A stretch of DNA of 63,072 nucleotides, the filler included, from Kipferlia bialata (taxonomy: Eukaryota), in the NCBI GenBank assembly GCA_003568945.1. It is 6 parts of 6 records of this genome, joined end to end, with 100 filler letters (N's around TTAATTAATTAA, not from the genome) between each part and the next. Parts side by side here need not be neighbours in the genome. Positions count along the whole stretch, not along the records: positions 11,386 to 22,664 come from BDIP01001260.1; positions 22,765 to 34,026 come from BDIP01001261.1; 4 more parts are not named here. The stretch is one strand, 5' to 3'. Below the pieces are notes generated by a model. That model did no database searches, was not told the DNA's origin, and saw only the letters and a program-made list of their open reading frames with translations. Below, in pieces: positions 13,032-26,600 of this stretch. The position numbers and the translations under genes are program-made. Every line of letters begins with the position of its first letter. Position 1 is the stretch's first letter.

Positions 13032-16000
13032 TAGGGTGACCAGGGTGCGCTGGGACCTGAGGCATCAGGACAACAGTATTGTTATTGAATAGATGCAGAT
13101 ATCTGAAAAATGCAACACCACCTCCATCCGGTTGGGTGGTCAAACTCTAGAGATATGATATAGGGAATGTATATATGGATATAGTATACTATATACTCTA
13201 TACCTCCTCCACAGCGTGGGATATTCAAACTCTCTCTCTCTCTCTCTATACTCTTTAATATATGTGTATATTAATACACTATATACTCTATACCTCCTCC
13301 ACAGCGTGGGATGGTCGAACTCCGCACTGTTATTTGCATCATAGTGCTTGTTCAACAGACGCTGGGCCATGACCTGCACAGCAGACTGGGGTAAGAGTGT
13401 ATTACACAGTATATAGACACATATCTAGAGAGAGAGAGCGAGAGAGAAGAATTCAGCCGCTGGGCCATGACCTGCACGGCTGACTGGAGATTAATATAGA
13501 ATTCCATATAATGTATAATTATATATATATATTTATACACTAAGCTATATACAGCCGCTGGGCCATGACCTGCACGGCTGACTGGGCTTAGTGTACTATC
13601 CACTATATACACTGACAGTATATATACAAATGCATATAGCTAGAGAGAGCAAAAGAAGAATTCAGCCGCTGGGCCATGACCTGCACAGCGGACTGAACGT
13701 TAATATAGAATTCCATATAATAAATATATATATATATTTATACACTAAGCTATATAAACAGCCGCTGGGCCATGACCTGCACAGCGGACTGGGGGTTAGT
13801 ATAGCAAATAATGGCATAGTATATCGCATATACACACATATATATATATATCTAGTGGTTCAACCTGGCTGTCTATCCCATCCTCCTCCTCGGCAGGTGC
13901 TGTCCTGTCACCAAAGGTCACAAAGGACCTGGGGGTGAGGGAGTATATGTATCCTAATATATGCTAACTACTAGACAATTACAGTACATATATACTAACA
14001 CCAAAGGGCACAAAGGACCTGGGAATTGGGAGGATATCAATGTCAAAGTATACTATACTTGTGGTACACAAACTTGTAACCATGGGCGACAAAGGACCTC
14101 GGGTAAGGGATAGTACATGTTTCATGTGTTCTTGTAAACATAAATTTACTGACCTTGGTGTGAATGACAGCATTGTGTGCATTGCCCTGCACACTGATAT
14201 GCACCCATTGGGCGTGATGGGCTCAAGGTTCCTAGCCATGTAGGGGGCAAGGCCAAAGAGGTCATACGACACCCTACAGGTTAGTGGTTCGCGATGGTAT
14301 GCTATACCATCTATCGTGTAGTGTCTGATACCGTACCTTATTGTGCTGAGCACTGACCCAAAGGCAGGTGCCATGGCTGCAGCCACCCTCAGCTGCATGG
14401 GCTGGCGGAACGTGGCGGAGACCTGATATTAGATGCAGTATCTATTTGTATATATATAATATGGAATATACTCCCCCAGCTGCATGGGCTGGCGGAACGT
14501 GGCGGAGACCTGCTATTAGAGTGGAGTAGTACATATATATATATAGAATATGGAATATACTCTCCCAGCTACACAGCTGGCGGAAGGTGGAGAAGACCTG
14601 GAGGTTAGAGAGAAACACCAGTATCTTTACAATGCAGAGATACTCATTCACCTCTGCAATCACACGCTGCTGGGCGAACATGAACCTGACCACATTGACG
14701 GCACATGTGACAAGCTCCTAGTGTGAACAATCCAGACAATAGTACCATAAGAGAGAAGAGAGAGATAGTGTACCTGTGTGGTCATTCTCTGCAGTGCACT
14801 TCTGCTGAAGCCCATGAAAGTAGAGTATGCATCGCCCTCTGTCTTTAGCTTGCAGAGACCCGGGATGGCGGTGAGGGCATTGTCAAACCTGGGGTCACTG
14901 CAATATGGTGTATTGTGTAGAAATAGTATGAGAAGAACCCACCCGTCAAAGAGCCTGTCAATGATGGCCACCACCAGGTCAGAGTCAGCGTTGGAGCTGA
15001 ACTTGGTGAATGAGACAATGTCACAGTGGGTGCAGAAGCAGACTGGATAGAAGTCGAGTCCCGTCCCAGCTAGAGAGACCTCGGCCTGGGAGAGAAGTGA
15101 GGTGATGCTGCGCCTGGGGGGGTGGGAGGGGACAACTACTGCACCACTCTCACTGGACTCGGAGAGTGCACTGTCTCTCTCTCTCCTTCTAGACCCTCTT
15201 GTGGATGCAGCTGAGGGTGCCTTACCCTCTCTCTTCATGCTGCTGTTGACACTGGAGAGGGTCAGGCTGTTGCACTGCATGTCGAGACCGGGCTGCACCT
15301 TGTATAGGGCCTGGTATCAGAGTGGGAAATACAACATTGCGAAGATAAAGACGAGAAATTGTTGTTGGAAATAATGAAGTAATGGGATAGCGACTTGATC
15401 ATACATACCTCGTAGTGCCGGGACAGGGACATCACAGCCACACTGCCGGTGGTTCTGTTGCGTCTGGCCCGGTCTCTGGGAGGGTGAGAGGAGTACATAG
15501 AGGAAGAGAGTATAAACAATAGAATATACACCCATTATATAGTTAATCTATATAATGCCACTTACACTGCCGGCAGGGATGGTGACCCCGACACTGCCCA
15601 GTGGTACTACAGTAGACATTATATATATAGAGATAAGTAATATACCACGTACACAGCTGGTAGTGACGGTGACCCCGACACTGCCCTTGGTGACTGGACG
15701 GCACCCGACCTGGGTCTCTTCTTGACAACACAGTACCTGGGGGGTAAGGCTAGGACACAGTACTGTACACGTATAAGAAGAAAGCTGGTCAGGATAGTAG
15801 TGCTCAAGGTACAACGAGGTCGATAGAAGTGAGAAAGCATTCTATCCGAATGTACAGTATTGGGGATACCTGTACCACATGTGGAAGAGTCATGTGATCT
15901 GTGCCTCTAAGTCTGTTCTATATATATATATAGTATAGTCTATACTACAAATCAGTGTGTATACATATGTATATTATCAATACTGCTGTACCTGTACCAC

Positions 16001-16195
16001 ATGTGGAAGAGTGATGTGATCTGCGCCTCTAAGTCTGCACTGTCCACCAGACCATCACTAGGGAGAGGGGGCTCAGTGTCACTCTCACTGCCACTGTCCT
16101 CTCTGTCTATGCTTACACTGTCCAACACCATGTCGCTGATCAGGGGCTCAACGGACTGAACCGCTGGGGGTAAGTGCTAGTGTAGGGTGTGTCAC

Positions 16196-16232
<37 letters not shown>

Positions 16233-19200
16233 TGTCGCTGATCAGGGGCTCAACGGACTGGACGGCTGGGGAGTCAGCATATAGTGACAGGTAATGTATC
16301 ACATGGAGATGTACAGTGAGAATACATATTCTATACCTGGCAATTGGTCCATGCCGGGTATGGCCAGTGGCACAAGGCACTCATCAGAGAGAGAGAGACC
16401 TGCATCAATGCAGTCAGGGGTCACAGTGTATCTGGGTTAAGAGGCGAAAATGTGTTACTGTACTGTGAATAGCGCACTGTGTATATAGATACACAAGGGG
16501 TGCTCCACTGTGTATATGTATATATGTAGGTGTTGCATCACCCACCCTGAGTCTCCTCCTCTCTTTCTACAGCCTGTAATCAGGGCTAGTGCCTCCCCCC
16601 TCTCCCCTGCACCTAATATACATATATATATACACATAAATATATATATGTAATCTGTCACTCACCCTGTGCTCACGCCTCTCTGTTGCATAATGAGTGA
16701 CAGTGCCTCCCCCCTCTCCCCTGCAGCTGTCCCCTGCTGACAGGGTGCAAAGAGACTCTCAATGGAGTGCTCGTACACATGGCTCTCCACAACACGCCTG
16801 GGGTCAGGGGGAGTATGAGTATGAGGGGTGCAACTAATTGGTACAGGTCACATATATGCAGTATTATTATCTCTATATACCTGGTTAGGGTGTGGATGGA
16901 CGTGAGTGCACTCCTGATTAATGATGTGGATCTGAATGCCCCTAGTACCGATGTGCACAGTCTAGTACACATGGCACACAGACACACAGTGCATAGCACA
17001 GTGGAGCACACATACACGGGGGAGAGGTCATCGAAGGGGAGGAGGGAGAGCACGCTGGGCACCAGCAAGGGTACTAGCACAGGAGAGAGCACTGCTATGT
17101 ACAGACAGGGCATGGCGAGGATGGAGCATGCGACACAGGCACCGAGGAGCATAGCGGAGGAGAGGTAGAGGGAGGGAGAAGCCACACCCAGGTCTGTGGT
17201 GCCAAAGATTGATAGGCACACACACACTACACTCAGGGTGTGGAGGGCGGTGTCTATCCTGGACACTGTGGCGAATAGGCCTGAGGGTCCAGTAGAGAGG
17301 GAACCCGAACTGGAGAGATCTCCAAAGAGCTGGAGGTGAGAAAACATCGCGAAAAACATCTAACTCTACACGATTAGTACCTTGCGCGTGACAGTGGAGA
17401 GAGCCTCGCGGGAGAGATCTGTCCTTGCCTCTACAAGGAGGGAGAGAGACTTTGTGTACACACTCAGAGACCAGGAGAGTAGGAAGACTGCTGCACAGGC
17501 TGCCCCTGCACATCCATATCTGACAAGGGGTGACACAACACCGGACAAGAGAGCGCAGAAGAAGAGAAGCAAAGCACACACTGCACACACACCAGTGGCT
17601 ATGTATCTGGGGAGGGGGGAGACAGGGCCGGTGAGCAGTAGGTACGTGTACTGTGGTCAACGGAGTACACACAGTACACACACACACACATATATATATA
17701 TAGAGTATATATAGAGTACCTGTGACTGGTCTATAGCACCAGAAGGTGCCAGCCAGAGTAGGACCAGTTGGGCATAGGAGAGCATGGCATGCACTACATA
17801 GGCCCATCCCCTGCTCAGTCTGCTGCGGTCGGTGTCTGTGCACCTGGGGTCAGAGACAACCATCATGAAAACTCAAATTACAATTCATTTGAGTCTACAG
17901 ATACCCCTCTCAAAGCTATATATATGAACATCAAAAGAGAGAGTTAAGTGAGTCCCACCTCTTTGCCCAGCATGTCACGGCATGCTACTCAAAATGGTGT
18001 AGATAGTTATGAGAATGAGATATGTATGAGAGTATGACACCTCTTAGAGGTGTCACACTATAGAGGTGACACTCATCTATTATATTTATATATATATATA
18101 TATATACATAATCACAGGATGTCACCTCTTCGCCCAGCATGTCACGGCATCGAGTAGACGGGTGTGGATGTCGGTGTGCTCGGTGGTGCACCTGGGGTCG
18201 GATAGTAACATCTTTATCATAGACTAATTGTCGCACAGGCCTGGAGTGTTGCATGATACCTTGTGTGCCCCGTGATGTCCCCGCTCCACTCCCTCTTGAG
18301 ACCTGAGAGTTAGGGGTCTAGACTCAAGAGAGAGAAGTGGATTACAGTAGGAGATGAAAGAAGAGAGATACTAACCCATAGAAGTGGGCAGTGCCCTCTC
18401 CTCCTCCACATCGTATGTGACAAAAAGTATATTAAGGGTATAGGAAGAGAGAGAGAGAGAGAGACCGATGCATACCCATTGCTGTAGGGAGTGCCCTCTC
18501 CTCCTCCACGTCGTATGTGTCTGAGGGGGGCAGGGAGGGGAAGCCCCCATCACTCCACGACATGGTGCCCCTGGAGTGAGAAGGGACAGAGGATATACAA
18601 GTATGTGGATAGTAATTGTATAAAATACTTGTATACATATAAATATATAGTATGACACCCACCTGGGTGCACTAGCTGCCTGGGAGGGAGAGGGAGTAGT
18701 GTCCATCATCCACTCGGCCTGGGGTGAGACACATACTATCCATATATGTGCAAGTGTGAATACAATGTGATACATGGCATTCTGTATGTACCTGGTTTGG
18801 GTATGTGTCAGTCTCTGTGAGACTCCTGGTTGGATAGTCCCTACACGGTTGTGAGTTCTGCAGACTGCTGGCAGGTCTCGAGTCGGCATAGGGGTGGCCC
18901 TTCCTGAGGGTTAGTGTCAGTGAATATACAAAATGCGAGAATAGCAGAAGAGTCACTATTATATACAAATACTAACTATATATATTAGATGCTTCGCTAC
19001 CTCTTGTGGTAAAGAGTGCCCCTGGCCAGAGAGGGGTCATATATATATATATATATATCTGAGAATATACCTCTTGTGGTAGAGAGTGCCCCTAGCCAGG
19101 GAGGGGTCCTTCAGGAAACGGGACTGGAGGTGAGAGAGGAATGGTCAACCCTAGCACGGACCAAGGAGCATACTCATAAGTGAATAGAACACATATTCGT

Positions 19201-22200
19201 ATATACCTGGGAATGCACTATAGGCACTGGAGTGTCCTCCACACTCTTGATGGATATATATATATATACTTCTTATGTATAATCTAAAGCCATGTAGATA
19301 CAAAATACCATACCTGTGCGTGTACCAGTGGTACAGGTGCAGTGAGCCCCTCTGCCTCCACACTCTTGATGGGCGCTATCAGTCTCTGCACAGTGGCTAT
19401 GCTGGTCTGGTCCAGGGTGGCAACGGAGGTGCTAAGGAGCCTACTGAACCTGGTTATCAGCACTATCAGTCTACTCTAAACAGTATATATAGATTAAGGT
19501 TATAGTGTTGTCGGTTTGTCGTACTGAGGTTCAATAATTCAATATATATAGAGACAGATAGAGAAACACTGTATAGTGCTGGTACCTGTTTGTGGCATCG
19601 TACTGCTTGGACAGGCCCAGAAGCAGTAGATCAGATCCTGAGGATACAAGGAGAGAGGACATGTCACGGACAAAGTCCTTGATTGTTAGGGATATATCGA
19701 GTAAGGAATAACCCCAGTTGTCACTGCACCACTCCACAACCTTGTTTACAACGTGATAAACTCATAACCCCCCACCTTGACCCATCCTCCGAAGTCTATG
19801 TTGACACAGTCCACGTATCTGAGGGGGGAGAGACCCTTGCCCTTCAGATACACAACCTGGGGGTGAGGTATATATACACATCAAGTATATATATCCATGT
19901 CTATAAATATATATATAGATTGATACACAAGTGTCTCTGTACCTTTGGGGGTGAAATGACAAAGCACCGCCTTGGGGGCAGGACCAGTCTCTTCTTTTGC
20001 TGTCTGGCATGCACACCCCTGCCCAGGGACTGGCCTAATGGTCAGAAAAGTGATACAATTATATATACATATATGTATAGAGAGAGAGAGAGAATAGGAG
20101 AGTACATATGTATGACATAGACACCCCCCTGCCCAGGGACTGGCCTAATAGTTAACACTATGTACTTAAATATATATACATAGAGAGAGAGAGATAGAGA
20201 ATGAGAGAGTATATAGGTCGTGTACGGACACCGCAGCCTATAGACTGGCCTGGAGGTAAAAGTGTCACTCCCGCTCTCTCCTTGTACGTACTCAGTGTCA
20301 AGTACCCCTATCTGCCAGTGTCCTGGTGGCTTGTGCCATGACAGCCACACAATCTCTCTCTCACTCTCTCCAAATATACATTCCCCTCTATATATCTATC
20401 TATAATAGACTTACCTCTATCTGCTAATGTCCTACTGGCCTCTGCCATTGCGGCATCAGCAGCAGCCTGCTCAGCCGCAGGGAGCTCAGCATACAGGACC
20501 TAAGGGTAGTTAGAGTCAGAATACCATTGCATGGTTGTACAAGTATATTTGTATATATGATACGCTGTACCTGCACCACCGCCTCTGTCACCCCTATGCC
20601 CCACTTGGGTGTGGCATACAATACCCTACTGGCTGTGTTGACAGTGTCACTCCACACGTCATAGCGGAGCATCTGATGACCTGGGATTAGAGAGTGTCAT
20701 GTTAATAAACACACATATATATATAGAAATATACATATACATTTACATATATGTACCCACCTGTAAAACCAGCTTTGAGTGAACCTGCTGCTACCCCCAC
20801 CGACAACTGTCTATGCATACACCTATATATATATACAATTCTGTATCAACACACATGTATACATAGTACCTGTCACTCCAGCCGTCAAAGACCCAGCTGC
20901 TATCCCGACTGACACACTGTCTATGCATTCTCTCTTTCTCTCTCTCTGTCTCTCTCTCTCTCTCTCTATATATATACATACACATATATATATATATATG
21001 AATATGTCTATATACGTATTACCTGTAACTCCCGCAGTCAAAGACCCAGCTGCTATCCCTACTGACACACTGTCTATGCATGGGAAGGCAGAGGGGCAGG
21101 AGGCTAGTAGCTGTAGAGTGGCCTCTCTCAGCACAAGGGAGAACTGAACGGCCTAAGTAAGAGATATAGAGTGTGTATACATATATATATAGAGAGAGAG
21201 AGGGAGAGATAGCTGCAGGGTGGCCTCTCTCAGAACAAGGGAGAACTGGACGGCCTGCGTATTAGATGCATACATATGTATTGATATGTGTGTGTAACAC
21301 GTTCATACCCTTTTCACTGCCTCCTGTGTCACGTCGTGTAAGCTACATACACATTATATGTATATATGTATATATGTATATATGTACTCATACCCTTGTC
21401 ACTGCCTCCTGCTGTGTGACATCGTCTGTCTCCTCGACAGTGGCCAGGAAGCACTGCTCCGTGGCCTGGGGGTAAGTGCCAGTATATAAACGACAAATAC
21501 AAGAGGTATCTTTCTTTACAGGAGAGGTATGATTGTAAATGTAGTGACCAGGAAGCACTGCTCCGTGGCCTCGGTGGTTAGGTAAAGCATGGACATCTAG
21601 ACATATATCTAGACATTTCCAGTATTACTAGAATATGTATCCCACCTTGAGCTTCATGACGCCCTTGGCTGCTAGGGACACCTCATCCAACAGGGCAAAG
21701 ATGCCATTGATCTAGTATGAGTGCATGTATACAGAGAGAGGAAGAATATACATAGAGAGTCATCTAAAAGGGCAAGATGCCATTGATCTGAGGTTAGAGA
21801 GTAAAGAGCAGGGGGGGGGGGGGACGAGAGGATTCCTCAGAAAGAAGTGTAGTATATTTATATATATATATATATATATATGAACATGATGTGACTATGT
21901 ATACCATTACCATTACCTGTCTAATGTACTTGTCGATGGGCACCTCCACGTTGTCCTTCAGATTGACCTGAAAGGGTAAGAGGTGAGAAAGTGAATAGGA
22001 GAGAAGTAATATATATCAAAAATACATATATACTATATATGAATAGGGCACGGGCCCCGTGACGGGGTCAGAAGAAGGAAGGTATAGTGGAAGGGGGGGG
22101 GGGGAGGGAGTATTCCTTGACAAAGACTACAGCCCCGTATATCCTAGAGCTTAACCCGCTCTTCTACATACATACGTATATATATGTATATATATAAAAG

Positions 22201-22335
22201 GAGAATGCATACCTTCACGAATACTACTGCACCATAGATTCTTGAGCTGAACCCGCTCTTTGTGATGATGGCTGTGTATGCACGGGAGGGCAGGGCATTG
22301 AAGAAGAGGGAGAGGAACATGCGCCAAAGGGCATC
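12323..22335 (-). CDS. Membrane class III adenylyl cyclase, multi-exon, 5'-truncated: cyclase domain A (~22300-19800), linker, TM bundle (~17840-16880), cyclase domain B (~15050-14150)
   Basis: Spliced domain A: GAVVFVKV...MKLKATEQCF...VSVGIAAGSLTAGVTG...RYDVWSDTVNTASR...YLKGKG. Domain B: HCDIVSFT...KLKTEGDAY...LRVAAAMAPAFGSVL...SYDLFGLAPYMAR. Most exon phases were checked by hand down to the stop at 12323. Joining A to the rest needs a 35-nt intron at 19741-19775. Confidence 0.8.
13345..13800 (-). repeat. Four intronic copies of branch point + acceptor + exon start (SAVQVMAQRL) upstream of the true exon
   Basis: Acceptors at ~13790, 13693, 13582 and 13484; the true acceptor is at ~13386. 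Variants TCC GCT / TCA GCC / TCT GCT and CGG / CGT are all synonymous. Confidence 0.95.
20760..21081 (-). repeat. True exon end (CIDSVSVGIAAGSLTAGVT + donor) plus two intronic copies
   Basis: True end 21023-21081; copy 20870-20928 with 4 differences, all at third positions; more diverged copy 20761-20818. Confidence 0.95.
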
Positions 22336-22446
22336 GCCTGAGATATGAGAGGGGAGATAGAGAGGGAGATAGAGAGAGAGGGGGAGTTAAAGAAGAGGGA
22401 GATGAACATGCGCCATAGGGCATCGCCTGAGATATGAAAGAGTGGG

Positions 22447-22479
<33 letters not shown>

Positions 22480-22664
22480 AGTTGAAGAAGAGGGGAGGAA
22501 CATGCGCCGAAGAGCATCACCTGAGATATGATAGGGGGTGAGAGATGGGGGGGGTGGGCGTTGAAGAAGAGGGAGAGAGAATACACAGCGCAAGGGAGAG
22601 AACATGTCACAGTATGCAGAGGTTGGGGGGGGGGGGGGGGGTTGGGGGGGGGAAAAGGGGAACC

Positions 22665-22764
22665 NNNNNNNNNNNNNNNNNNNNNNNNNNNNNNNNNNNN
22701 NNNNNNNNTTAATTAATTAANNNNNNNNNNNNNNNNNNNNNNNNNNNNNNNNNNNNNNNNNNNN
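22665..22764. other. Artificial scaffold spacer
   Basis: 44N-TTAATTAATTAA-44N. Confidence 0.99.
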
Positions 22765-22811
<47 letters not shown>

Positions 22812-22885
22812 GTATATGATCCCCACCATTATCTCTCACTTCTATATACATACACACATATAAACCTGTATGCTTTAGCACATAC

Positions 22886-23648
22886 CGCTTGTCTCTCAAT
22901 GACAGAGGGTTGAGGCTCATCTGCTGGCTCTGCCTGTCTCTCTCTCTCTTCCTCAGTGTCTCTCCTTCCACCCCCTCTGTTGGACGTACCCAGACCTCCC
23001 GCTACCCCCATAGCCCTCATTCCACCCCTGCCTTCCATTCCACCCCTGCCTTCCATACCACCCCTCCCTTCCATTCCACCCCTGCCTCCTATGCCTCCCA
23101 TGGCTCTCATTCCACCCCTGCCTCCCATACCTCCCAGGCCGGGCCTCGGACCTGATATGAGAGTCTATGCCATCTAATGTCCGTCTATGGAACCCACATC
23201 GGCCCATACCAATGGTATGCCGTTACATATTGTGCGTACTATACATGTATATCTACCTGGGTATATATATACATGTATATCTACCTGGGTATATATATAT
23301 ATCTATATCTACCTGGGTATATATATATATCTATATCTACCTGGGTATATATCTATATCTATATCTACCTGGGTTTGCACCATATGGCAGAGGAGCCCCT
23401 AACGGAGGAGCCCCTAACGGAGGAGCCCCTATCGGAGGAACATACCCAAGTCTAGGTCCACTCGGACCGAGTCCAGCCGATTGCATGCCTGACGAGCGTT
23501 GTGAGGATGTACTGAGAATTGATTGTAGGAGAGTCTCTGTGACGAGGAGTTGAGTCACTTTCTCTACACCCTTTAGTGGACGGTCAAAAAGTGCAAATGA
23601 CGACAAGGTGCCTGTGAACCTGGGAATCATTCCCATTCTCTGGCTCAT
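22886..23648 (-). CDS. Hypothetical protein with Pro/Gly-rich and RGG-repeat low-complexity region, 3'-truncated
   Basis: ATG at 23648; GAPPL repeats; an intron starting gtagat; an exon encoding GGMGGRGGMEGRGG repeats; donor gtatgt at ~22885. Confidence 0.55.
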
Positions 23649-23663
23649 AGTCGACTACTGCTT

Positions 23664-26600
23664 ATGACTCAGTGCCAGTCGAACAGTCTCTCGAGTGTAG
23701 GTGAGTGTCAAGTCTATAGAAGCTCCTTTGTGGCTCCATCTGGCTTCTGGGAAACACGGAGGGATGTATTACTCTCTCTTCTCACATGTACTGACTCAGG
23801 CCTAGCATATGCACTGATCTATGGCCTCCTAGCTCTCCAGGTACCAACAGTTGGTTGATAGACCCGTAGACAAGACGGGTTAGAGTTTTGAGCATTTTGA
23901 GACGGTTCTCTACCGTTCTCTCAGTCAAAGACCCTGGGTGTTCTCCTATTCTTTACCTCTCACTCTAGGGCGCCAATTACAACCCATGCATGGCTCTCAT
24001 CGATGCCGCCTTCCCAGATACCCCAGCCTCTCTCATTAGCCTCTCTGCAACAGGTGTGGTCACTGTACACCTTTAATCACAGAAAGTATGATACTTGCCT
24101 CTACTACTCAATCGTCCCCACAACCATGCAATGAACACAGTAGGTCCACATATGTCTGTTATCAACACAGTGACACATACACTGGTTCTTGTGTATATAC
24201 ATGAGATTCTTGATGACTGTAGTATCACAGGACACCTCTCTGCGGTGGTACCCTCTCTCTCTCTCGATAATTAGTTCATATACTATGTGTACAACTGGAC
24301 TGTATGTCTCTCCACTGATGCATACACTATAATACCATCACTCACCCAGGGTGCAGTATAGCTGTGATAGCCACCGCCTTCATCGCTCCCTTCCTCCTTA
24401 GGTGCTCACCCATCTCCCACTCTCTTCTATACACACTGTGCGAGACACATCATCACCTTCAGTGTGTATATGCAGATTTGTACCTTTCTTCCTACTGTCA
24501 CCCCCCCCCCTCCCGCAATTCATTAGACTGCTCTATTCCTCTGACCCATACTCTACTAGGTCTAATGTGAGTACCCCCACTATGACTTCTCTTGACCTCA
24601 GACAGTGGGCTGGACAAGAGTCCAGAGTCCTGTATGGTACCCTGGCTCTCTTTGTGGTTGTTGCCACAGGGCCCTTCTTTGTCACAAGGTGCGTGTACCA
24701 GTATACATACCTATGTATATGCATGTATGTATACATGGATATATGCATGGTTACAGAGAACCCTCTCCCACCGCAGCTTCTATGCCCTGCTATCCCTGAG
24801 GGTAATGCTGGGACTACCCATAGGCATGCTCTTCAACGTGGTCACAGGTGCCTCTCTCTCCCTCTCACTGTCTCTCTCTCTCTCTCTCCCCCCTCTCTCT
24901 TACAATTGGGACTTGTTCATCACTGATATATAGTATGAAGTATATAAAGTATGTGATAAGATGTATTTGGGTGTGCAACAAGCTTCATCCTTATAGTATA
25001 TATCACATATGTATCATATATATACATCATATATATATCATAAGTATCATGTATGGATCATATATGTATATATCATATATATCATATACATATATATCAT
25101 ATACTCCACTAACCCCTAGGCATGATTGCGTCACAGTTCAGCCCCTCCCAGAGGACGAGGGTACTGGGCTGGAGCTCTCTCTCCCTCTCCACCCAGGTTG
25201 GTCTAGTCTCTAGACGGTCCAGAGCAGAGATTGCATACCCATAACACTGTAAATACACTGACAGCAGGCCAGTCACCTTCCATGTCAATCCATACTCTCT
25301 CTCACCCAGGCATTCACCTATACACTGACAAGTGGATACCTTGGACGCTTCTCCTATAGGTTTATCTTCCTCCTGCCCATGACAGCGGTACCCATTGGTG
25401 AGTGTCATATTGTGTTGACGTAGATCCCGCTTTTTTAGTATAGATATACACCTGTATGAGGTTATTGTGGCTGATACCAACCCCAGCTCTCTTCAGCTTG
25501 TACACCTTGTATCTAATAGTGTAGTATGGACACGGCTGCCTCACCCTAGAGAAGTAGAATGAACATAGTATCATTGTTGTTGACTGTATAGTGTGTACAC
25601 ACTAACCCCAGCTCTCTTCAGTTTGTACACCGGTCTCACTGTCTCTGTGGGGAGTGGCCATCCTGACCTAGAGGGGGGGGAGTACCTCTCTGCCAACACC
25701 AATCCCAACTCAGCAGTACAGTCTGAGGACGACGCCTCCTCCTCCTGTGCCTCTGTCGACATGGAGTGTGCAGGTCCGGTAGAGGGGGTGGAGGGGGTGG
25801 AGACTTCACACTCCCCATCTCCGGTATCCTCGGCCGATGTATGCCAGGACACCATGCCCTGTGAGGCCTCTTCTAGCGTGATAGACGTGGAGGTGGAGGC
25901 CTCGGAGTCTGACCAGGCCGAGATGCCTGAGATGCACTCTGTCGAGAGCATCGATAGCGTACCCGCCTTCCCGCTAGGCCGTGCTGTGATGCAGGCCGTG
26001 CTCTTCATGTTCTCCCAGGGCACCTGGTAAGTGGGCAATGTCTATGTCTGGCAACTAGGCCGTGTACTCTATCCCCTTACTGTGTATACATATGATCCAT
26101 ATGAACTCAGGTCATGTTCTCCCACGGCACATGGTAAGTGGGCAATGTGACATTAATCATTATAACTCTCATACACTTTGCTGCTCGCATGTCCCTGAGC
26201 CAACCCAGTACTTCTACCCATATCAGGTACATGTACATCGTTCTCATTGCCCTCCACCTCTCTGTGGACATGGGTATCCAGGACTCACTTATAGCCGGTA
26301 TGGTATATCGTGGACACTATACTTGTCACGCACTTTGCTGTATTCCTCTCTACCGATCATGTCACCTGTGTACCCTTGTCTTTGACCCCCAGTCCAGATC
26401 TCTCCCTCTCTCTCTCGCTACATATGCATAATGTATACCTTCTACTATATATACACTACAGGCACATACACGTACACATCATTCTACTGATATCTCATGT
26501 ATCAGGTGTGGCCCTTGCCTGTGACAGTCCGAGACTCTCTCTATATATAGTATATTAGTTATATTCAAAAGTTACATATTATGTGTAGTATGTATATAGG

